DNA from: an uncultured Verrucomicrobiae bacterium
GTDB lineage: Bacteria > Verrucomicrobiota > Verrucomicrobiia > Limisphaerales > Palsa-1400
Direction: 5' to 3'
Assembly: GCA_963707025.1 (NCBI GenBank)
Contig: CAVPOM010000004.1
Span: forward strand, 320,001-384,000
Length of the DNA stretch: 64,000 bases
A program made the translations under genes and the position numbers. Positions 57,773 through 64,000 of this stretch are shown in pieces. Under the pieces are notes generated by a model. That model was given only the letters and a program-made list of their open reading frames with translations, searched no databases and had not been told where the DNA came from. How positions within the stretch are numbered: the stretch's first letter is position 1; each line of letters starts with the position of its first letter.

Positions 57773-60700
57773 ATGACCACGAACCAAAACGCTGTGCCAA
57801 TCCAATACCTCCTCTCCTTGCCCCCGGCCATGGCCGCCGCCTTCGAGGAGTTGGAAGGCCGCCGCCGGCCGGAATGGTTTGCCGCCTCGGATCCTCCCGG
57901 CCAGTCCCTTGGCTCCGGCGGCGGCACGGCCAACCTCCTGGCCCAAGCCTGGCGCCACAACGCTCCCGGCCAATCCTTTGAGGATTGGCTGATCTCCAGC
58001 CGCAAGCTCATCCTTCATGCGGGCGGTCAAAGCCGCCGCTTGCCCGCTTATGCCCTGGTTGGAAAATTGCTCATGCCCATGCCCGTCCTGCGCTGGGCGC
58101 GCGGCCAGCGCCTGGACCAAAACCTGCTCGACGTGCAATTGCCCGATTACGAGCGCGTCCTGGCACAGGCCCCGGCCGGCGTCGCCGCCATGATCACCAG
58201 CGGGGACGTGCTCCTTCGTTTCGGGCCTGATCTGCCTCCTTTGCCCGAAGTGGACATGCTCGGCCTGGGCCTGTGGCTCGCACCGGAACGGGCCAGCGAC
58301 TTCGGCGTTTTCTGCGCGCCCCGCGGCCATCCCTCCCAACTGGCCTTCTTCCTGCAAAAGCCGCCCGCGGACAAAATCCGCCAACTGGCGGAGAATTACC
58401 TGTGCCTGGTGGACACCGGGGTATGGCTTTTGAGCGCGCGCGCCGTCGGCGTCCTGATGGAACGTTGCGGCTGGGTCGCCTCGCAATCCCAATTCCGCGG
58501 CGGCGCGCCCGCCCCCTACGAACTCTACGCCCACTTCGGCCTGGCCCTGGGCCAATCCCCGTCCGTGCGGGACGCGGCCATTAACGCCTTGACCTGCGCG
58601 GTGGTGCCGCTGCCCGAGGCCCAATTTTATCATTTCGGGACCAGCGCCCAAATGATTGAATCCATTTCCACCTTGCAAAACCTGGTGTTGGATGCGACCA
58701 AGATCGGCCTGGCCAGCGGCCGGCGGCAGCCGGATCAAATCACCCAAAACTCCCTCGTCAGCGCCCCTGTCCAGCGCCAGCACAATCACACCTTGTGGAT
58801 TGAGAACAGCGTCGTCCCCGCCTCCTGGCAACTGGCCTCCAACCACGTTCTGACCGGCGTGCCGGATAACCGCTGGCCCTTGCGCCTGGAACCGGGCGTC
58901 TGCCTGGATTTTATCCCGGTGGGCCAGGGCGAGTTCTGCCTGCGCCCCTACGGTTTCAACGACTCATTTTCCGGCAAAGCGATGGACCCTTCCACCTTCT
59001 GGCTGGGGCGTCCGTTGCTGGAGTGGTTCACCGCCCGCGGTTTCCATCCCAAAGACGCCGTGCCGCGTCCGTCCCGGGTGGTAGGGACGCCGCGCCGCGG
59101 CGTCCGGTCGGCCCAGCGCGCCGACCCTGTCAATTCATTGGCACCCGTCGCTGACGGATTGCAAGAGGCCAGCCTTGATGGGACGGCGGACATTCAGAAC
59201 TGCCCGCTTTTTCCCGTCGGCCAACTGGCGGACCTTGATCCCGCTTATTTGACCTGGCTGTTTGCGGCCAAACCGGAAAGCCGCCCCGATTTTGTCCAGC
59301 GCTGGCTCCAAGCCACACGCCTGTCCGCCCAGGAAATCGGCGCGCGCGTCAATTTGCCCCGCCTCTATGCCCGCCGGGCCGAATTGCGCGCCGCCTGCCT
59401 TCTGCCCCTGATGAAGAATTATCGCTGGAGCGTTTTCTTCCAACTGGACTTGGAAGCCACCGCCCGCGCCTTCGCCGCCACCAACGAAACCCTGCCCGAT
59501 TTGCCCTTCGATCCCCAGGACGATCCCATGCAGCCTCTGCACGACCAGATGTTCCGTTCCGCCGTCCTGCGCCTCCGCGCCGATCCGGCTTGGGAAACAT
59601 TCGAGGCCGGCGCCTTCGCCCGCCTGCGCGAAATGATCGCCAGCGAAGCCCAGCTTTCCCCGGCCTCCCCCTGCCGCAGCGTGCAGGAGGACCAGATCGT
59701 TTGGGCGCGCAGCCCGGTGCGCCTGGATCTGGCCGGCGGTTGGACGGACACTCCGCCCTATTGCATCGAATATGGCGGCAATGTTCTCAATGTGGCGGTG
59801 GACATCAACGGCCAGCCCCCCATCCAGGTCTTTGCCAAACTTTCCGACCGGCCCGAATTGGTCGTGCGCTCCATTGATCTGGGGGTGGAGGAGCGCATCA
59901 AAACCTACGCCGATTTGGAAACCTTCGCCCAGCCGGGCAATCCCTTTGCCCTGGCCAAGGCCGCCTTTGCCCTGGCAGGATTTTTGCCCCGCTTCCATGC
60001 CGGCGGCGGATTCGCCTCCCTGGCCGCGCAGTTGGGCGATTTTGGCGGCGGCATTGAGATTTCCCTGATCGCCGCCGCGCCCAAGGGTTCGGGCCTGGGC
60101 GTCAGCAGCATTTTGGCCGCCTCCGTCCTGGCCGCCCTGGGCGATTTGTGCGGCTTGGGCTGGGATGCCAACGTCCTGTTTGCCCGCACCCTGGCCCTGG
60201 AGCAAATGCTCACCACCGGCGGCGGCTGGCAGGACCAGGCCGGCGGCATCTTTGGCGGCATCAAGCTCATCGAGACCGCCTCAGGCTTGGCGCAAAAGCC
60301 GACCCTGCGCTGGCTGCCCGATCAGTTGTTCGGCCCCAATTATGTCAACCGCTCCATTCTTCTTTACTACACCGGCCTGACCCGGCTGGCCAAAAACATC
60401 CTGGCCGAAATCGTGCGCGGCCTGTTCCTCAACTCCCCCGCCCGCCTGCGCGCCATCGCCCAAATCGGGGCCAACGCCTCCCTGGCCGCCGCCGCCATCC
60501 AGAAATGCGATTACCAGATGCTCGCCGCCGCCGTCCGGGCCAGTTGGCAGTTGAACCAGCGGCTGGACTCGGGGACCAACCCGCCCGGCGTGCAAGCTAT
60601 ACTTGACTCAATCGGCGGCCAGCTCGCCGCCGCCAAGCTCCTCGGCGCCGGCGGGGGCGGCTACCTCCTCCTCTTCGCCCGCGGCGAAGCCGCCGCCGCC

Positions 60701-60799
60701 CGGATAAAACAAGTCTTGACAGAGCGCCCTCCCAACCCCCGCGCCCGCTTCGTGGATTTTTCCCTCTCCCAAACCGGCCTGCAAGTCACCCGCAGTTGA
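57773..60799 (+). CDS. fkp: Bifunctional L-fucokinase / fucose-1-phosphate guanylyltransferase
   Basis: LGSGGGT, HAGGQSRRLPAY, PVRLDLAGGWTDTPP, PKGSGLG.SS, GGGWQDQ, LGAGGGG. Confidence 0.93.
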   Translation: MTTNQNAVPIQYLLSLPPAMAAAFEELEGRRRPEWFAASDPPGQSLGSGGGTANLLAQAWRHNAPGQSFEDWLISSRKLILHAGGQSRRLPAYALVGKLLMPMPVLRWARGQRLDQNLLDVQLPDYERVLAQAPAGVAAMITSGDVLLRFGPDLPPLPEVDMLGLGLWLAPERASDFGVFCAPRGHPSQLAFFLQKPPADKIRQLAENYLCLVDTGVWLLSARAVGVLMERCGWVASQSQFRGGAPAPYELYAHFGLALGQSPSVRDAAINALTCAVVPLPEAQFYHFGTSAQMIESISTLQNLVLDATKIGLASGRRQPDQITQNSLVSAPVQRQHNHTLWIENSVVPASWQLASNHVLTGVPDNRWPLRLEPGVCLDFIPVGQGEFCLRPYGFNDSFSGKAMDPSTFWLGRPLLEWFTARGFHPKDAVPRPSRVVGTPRRGVRSAQRADPVNSLAPVADGLQEASLDGTADIQNCPLFPVGQLADLDPAYLTWLFAAKPESRPDFVQRWLQATRLSAQEIGARVNLPRLYARRAELRAACLLPLMKNYRWSVFFQLDLEATARAFAATNETLPDLPFDPQDDPMQPLHDQMFRSAVLRLRADPAWETFEAGAFARLREMIASEAQLSPASPCRSVQEDQIVWARSPVRLDLAGGWTDTPPYCIEYGGNVLNVAVDINGQPPIQVFAKLSDRPELVVRSIDLGVEERIKTYADLETFAQPGNPFALAKAAFALAGFLPRFHAGGGFASLAAQLGDFGGGIEISLIAAAPKGSGLGVSSILAASVLAALGDLCGLGWDANVLFARTLALEQMLTTGGGWQDQAGGIFGGIKLIETASGLAQKPTLRWLPDQLFGPNYVNRSILLYYTGLTRLAKNILAEIVRGLFLNSPARLRAIAQIGANASLAAAAIQKCDYQMLAAAVRASWQLNQRLDSGTNPPGVQAILDSIGGQLAAAKLLGAGGGGYLLLFARGEAAAARIKQVLTERPPNPRARFVDFSLSQTGLQVTRS

Positions 60800-60812
60800 T
60801 CGGCAGTTCCAC

Positions 60813-60848
60813 CATTCTTAATCCTAATCTTAATCTTAATCTAAATCC
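60813..60848 (+). repeat. (TAATCY)n hexamer array
   Basis: CATTCT TAATCC TAATCT TAATCT TAATCT AAATCC. Confidence 0.85.
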
Positions 60849-60879
60849 CAAGCCTCATGAACTCCGTTTTGTCATTTAT

Positions 60880-61196
60880 AGAGACCTCTGCAAAACGCGC
60901 GTCCACGATTGTAGCGGCGGTCTGTGACCGCCGCACGCCAGGGGAAATAACGGCATGGCGGCGGTCACGGGCGCATCTTGACACTGCTACCAGCGGAGTG
61001 CGGCCGTCCCCGGCCGCAGCAAGCCCGGAATTCTTTTGGGTGCGCAGAAAGATCAGCGGCGCGACCAGTTTCCCACGCTGCTGCGCCCGAGGACGGGCGC
61101 ACTCCTGTAATATTCTTGCGCCGGACCGTCGTAGCAGTATCAAGGTGCGCCCGGCGGTCACAGACCGCCGCTACAGGCGTTTTGCGGAGGTCTCTT
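60880..61196. mobile_element. Four-layer nested inverted-repeat element (MITE/REPIN composite)
   Basis: IR pairs 60880-60898/61178-61196, 60910-60933/61152-61175, 60969-60990/61131-61152, ~60995-61021/61079-61105; 9-bp duplication GGCGGTCAC around layer 3. Confidence 0.8.
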
Positions 61197-61279
61197 CTAA
61201 TTTACCATTTCCGTTCGCCGCCCATTTTTTCACGATTCACTATTCCCAATTCACTCCTCACCCTGCTAACCTCCGCGCC

Positions 61280-62059
61280 ATGGAAATGCCGCCGCCGCCG
61301 CCGCCTGCGCCCGCCGCTCCGAGCCTGATCGAGGCGGCGGGCCTGACCAAGTTATACGGCGAGTTTCCCGCCGTGACCGATCTTTCCTTCTCCGTTCGCG
61401 CCGGGGAAGTGATCGGATTGGTCGGCCCCAATGGCGCGGGCAAAACCACCACCTTGCGCTGCCTCTCCGGCATCATCCCCCCGACGCGCGGCGCGGTGCA
61501 AATCTGCGGGCACAACATGGCGCGCGATCCCATTGCAGCCAAGCGCAGCCTGGCGTTCTTCGCCGATGAACCGCGCCTGTTTGATTACCTGACGGTGGCC
61601 CAGCATCTGACCTTCACCGCCCGCATTTACAACGTGGCCGATTACCAGCCCCTCGCCCGCCAGTTGCTGGAGGAATTGGAAATCGCCGCCCAGGCGGAAA
61701 AGCTGCCCGGCGAATTGTCGCGCGGCATGAAGCAAAAACTGGCCATCGCCTGCGGCTTCCTCCACGCCCCCCGCGCCATTTTCTTCGATGAACCCCTCAC
61801 CGGCCTGGACCCGCTCGGCATCCGCCGCATGAAGGACTCGATTCTGCAACGGGCCGCCGCCGGGGCCGCCATCCTGATCAGCTCCCATCTGCTCCATCTC
61901 CTGGAGGAGATTTGCTCGCACGTCCTCATTCTCAAGGACGGCCGAAAAATTATTGACGGAAGCATGGACGAAGTGCGCCGGCAGTTTTCCGAAGTCCCGG
62001 CCGGCGCCAACCTGGAGGAGATTTTCTTCCGGGCCACGGGCGAAAACAAAGGACCGTGA
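61280..62059 (+). CDS. ABC transporter ATP-binding protein
   Basis: GPNGAGKTT, LSRGMKQK, FFDEP, ISSH. Confidence 0.92.
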   Translation: MEMPPPPPPAPAAPSLIEAAGLTKLYGEFPAVTDLSFSVRAGEVIGLVGPNGAGKTTTLRCLSGIIPPTRGAVQICGHNMARDPIAAKRSLAFFADEPRLFDYLTVAQHLTFTARIYNVADYQPLARQLLEELEIAAQAEKLPGELSRGMKQKLAIACGFLHAPRAIFFDEPLTGLDPLGIRRMKDSILQRAAAGAAILISSHLLHLLEEICSHVLILKDGRKIIDGSMDEVRRQFSEVPAGANLEEIFFRATGENKGP

Positions 62060-63813
62060 TGGGCGGCGCCTTGCTCTATTACGAATGGCATTCGCGCTGG
62101 AACCGGCTGCGCGCCCGCTTGCGCCGCTTGCGCCAGCCCAAGTACCTTTTTGGCGCGGCGGCCGGCGGGCTTTATCTTTACTGGTATGTCTTCGGCGCCT
62201 GGTTCCGCCGGGGCGCGGCGGGGGCGGTGCCGCCCATGTTCGCGCCGGAACACCGCGCCTTGCTGGCCTCGGCGGGGGCGCTGGTCCTGCTGGTCGTGCT
62301 CCTGCTCATGTGGATCATTCCCCACGAGCGGGCCGCCCTCATGTTCTCGGAAGCGGAGGTGGCTTTTCTTTTCCCGGCCCCCGTGCCGCGCCGCACCCTG
62401 ATTCATTTCAAACTGCTCAAATCCCAGGGCGCCATTTTGTTCAGCGCGCTTTTCATGCTGGTCATCGGGCGGTGGACCGGGGGAAATTATTTGTTTCATT
62501 TCATCGGCTGGTGGGCGCTGCTTTCCATCGTCAATCTGCATTTGCTGGCCAGTTCCTTCGCGCGGACCATGTTGCTGGAGCGGGGGATTTCCAACTGGCG
62601 GCGGCGCCTCCTGGTCCTGGGCGGCGCGGCCCTGGCCGTGACCGGAGTCATCCTGTGGGCGCGCCAGGCCCTGCCGCCGCCGCCCGATCTCTCCGGCGAT
62701 TTGAATTTGTCCGCCCTGGCCAAATACGCCGGGCAGATTCTGCAATCCGGACCGCTGCCCTGGTTGCTGGCGCCGTTCCGGTGGGCGGTGGCTCCGCTGT
62801 TGGCCGTGGACGCCAGGGAATTCTGCCTGGCCCTGGGCCCGGTGCTGGCCCTGATCGCCCTGCACTATGTGTGGGTCATCCGCGCCAATGTGGCCTTTGA
62901 AGAGGCCTCGGTTGAGTTGTCCCGCAAATTCGCCGAACGGGTGGCGGCGGTGCGTTCCGGCAATTGGCAGGCCATGCACAAGCCCAGGAAGGGCAAGCGG
63001 CCTCCCTTCGATTTGCGGCCCCAAGGATGGCCGGCCGCCGCCATTTTTTGGAAAAACCTCATCAGCGCCGGCCACTTTTTCACCGGCCGCGCCTGGTTTT
63101 TTCTGATTTGGATCACCATCGTCGCCGGCCTGATCCTGCGGTCTGGCGGAGGCCACGCGGCCCGGGGCGTGGCCCTGTCCATCCTGGCCTTTTCGCTCGC
63201 CATGATGTCCCTGCTCTACGGGCCGCAAATTCTGCGCCACGATTTCCGGCAGGATTTGCGCGTGGCCGACATGCTGAAATTGTATCCCATGTCCGGCTGG
63301 CAGATGGTGCTGGGGGAGATCCTGGCCCCCGCCGCCATTCTGGCCGCGGCGCAATGGCTGCTCGTGCTGCTGGCCTTCCTGTTTTGTCCGGCCAACGTGG
63401 GCGGCGCGCCGGCCCCGGCGGCCCTGCGCATCACGGCGGCCCTGGCCGCCGCCCTGGTGCTGCCGTGCGTGGATTTCATCGCCCTGCTCCTGCCCAACGC
63501 CGCCGCCCTGATCTTTCCGGCCTGGGTGCAACTGGGCAAGGACACCCCGCGCGGCTTTGAAACGATGGGACAGCAGTTGATCCTGATCTTCGGCCAGATT
63601 ATAGTATTGACTCTGAGCATGCTCCCGGCCGGGGTGGCCGGCGCGGTCGCCTGGCTCGTCGCCTGGTGGCTGTTCGGCAAGGTGACGGCGGTGGCCCTGG
63701 CCTCGGCGGCGCTGGCGGCCGCGGCGGTCCTGGCCGCCGAAGCCGCCCTGGGCGTGCATCTGCTGGGCAAAGCCTTTGACCGTTTCGACTGGAGCGAAGG
63801 ATCGGTCGAGTGA
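62056..63813 (+). CDS. Putative ABC exporter permease
   Basis: FSEAEVAFLFPAPV, many TM segments, overlaps the ATPase stop codon. Confidence 0.8.
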   Translation: MMGGALLYYEWHSRWNRLRARLRRLRQPKYLFGAAAGGLYLYWYVFGAWFRRGAAGAVPPMFAPEHRALLASAGALVLLVVLLLMWIIPHERAALMFSEAEVAFLFPAPVPRRTLIHFKLLKSQGAILFSALFMLVIGRWTGGNYLFHFIGWWALLSIVNLHLLASSFARTMLLERGISNWRRRLLVLGGAALAVTGVILWARQALPPPPDLSGDLNLSALAKYAGQILQSGPLPWLLAPFRWAVAPLLAVDAREFCLALGPVLALIALHYVWVIRANVAFEEASVELSRKFAERVAAVRSGNWQAMHKPRKGKRPPFDLRPQGWPAAAIFWKNLISAGHFFTGRAWFFLIWITIVAGLILRSGGGHAARGVALSILAFSLAMMSLLYGPQILRHDFRQDLRVADMLKLYPMSGWQMVLGEILAPAAILAAAQWLLVLLAFLFCPANVGGAPAPAALRITAALAAALVLPCVDFIALLLPNAAALIFPAWVQLGKDTPRGFETMGQQLILIFGQIIVLTLSMLPAGVAGAVAWLVAWWLFGKVTAVALASAALAAAAVLAAEAALGVHLLGKAFDRFDWSEGSVE

Positions 63814-63824
63814 GCGCCGCCGCT

Positions 63825-64000
63825 TTACACGCTGCGCAATCGCCCGCCGGACAGGATGCGGTAGCGCTGGCCGCGCCACTGAATGCGGTTGCCGGTGAAG
63901 GCCGCCACCCAGACCGCCATGTTCAGCAAATCCTTCACCGGCACCATCCAGAAATAGCCATAATGCGAGCGCCCGCCGGTCAAGCGCCGCTCTTGCGCGA
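63825..64000 (-). CDS. C-terminal part of an HpnI/ceramide glucosyltransferase-like GT2 protein (runs off the window)
   Basis: Manual translation: WMVPVKDLLNMAVWVAAFTGNRIQWRGQRYRILSGGRLRSV*. Confidence 0.7.
   Translation of the reverse strand, partial: AQERRLTGGRSHYGYFWMVPVKDLLNMAVWVAAFTGNRIQWRGQRYRILSGGRLRSV

Noticed and set aside
60871..61200. Target-site duplication for the outer inverted repeat
   Set aside because: The flanks (TTTAT / TCTAA) do not match.
60857..61279. N-terminal extension of the ABC ATPase
   Set aside because: It is a translation of the nested repeat element; ATG 61280 gives a normal-length ATPase.

Overview
GC-rich bacterial chromosome segment whose gene repertoire (long GreA, H-X9-DG prepilin-like protein, Fkp, twin GspF/PilC) suggests Verrucomicrobiota (inference). 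It carries housekeeping genes (rsmB, purH, asd, lpxD, panD, nifS/iscS, greA-like, M1 aminopeptidase, nuclease-DinG helicase), a Wza/Wzc export cluster, an NtrBC-like pair, two TonB/ExbBD modules, several toxin-antitoxin genes and a metal-uptake-like cluster headed by a His/Cys leader ORF ending in RGPP. Two near-identical inverted copies of a ~1.96-kb group II intron (11259-13216 minus; 55642-57600 plus) sit at the same phase of a 10-bp periodic repeat (CRRGYCAAAY)n. The intron has a matching EBS1-like loop and an atypical GTTGCG 5' end. REP/MITE-like elements are abundant: one four-layer nested element and several in-frame insertions in genes. Four genes show single frameshifts that may be assembly errors. 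No tRNA, rRNA or CRISPR array was recognised. All family calls are from motif recognition, not database searches.
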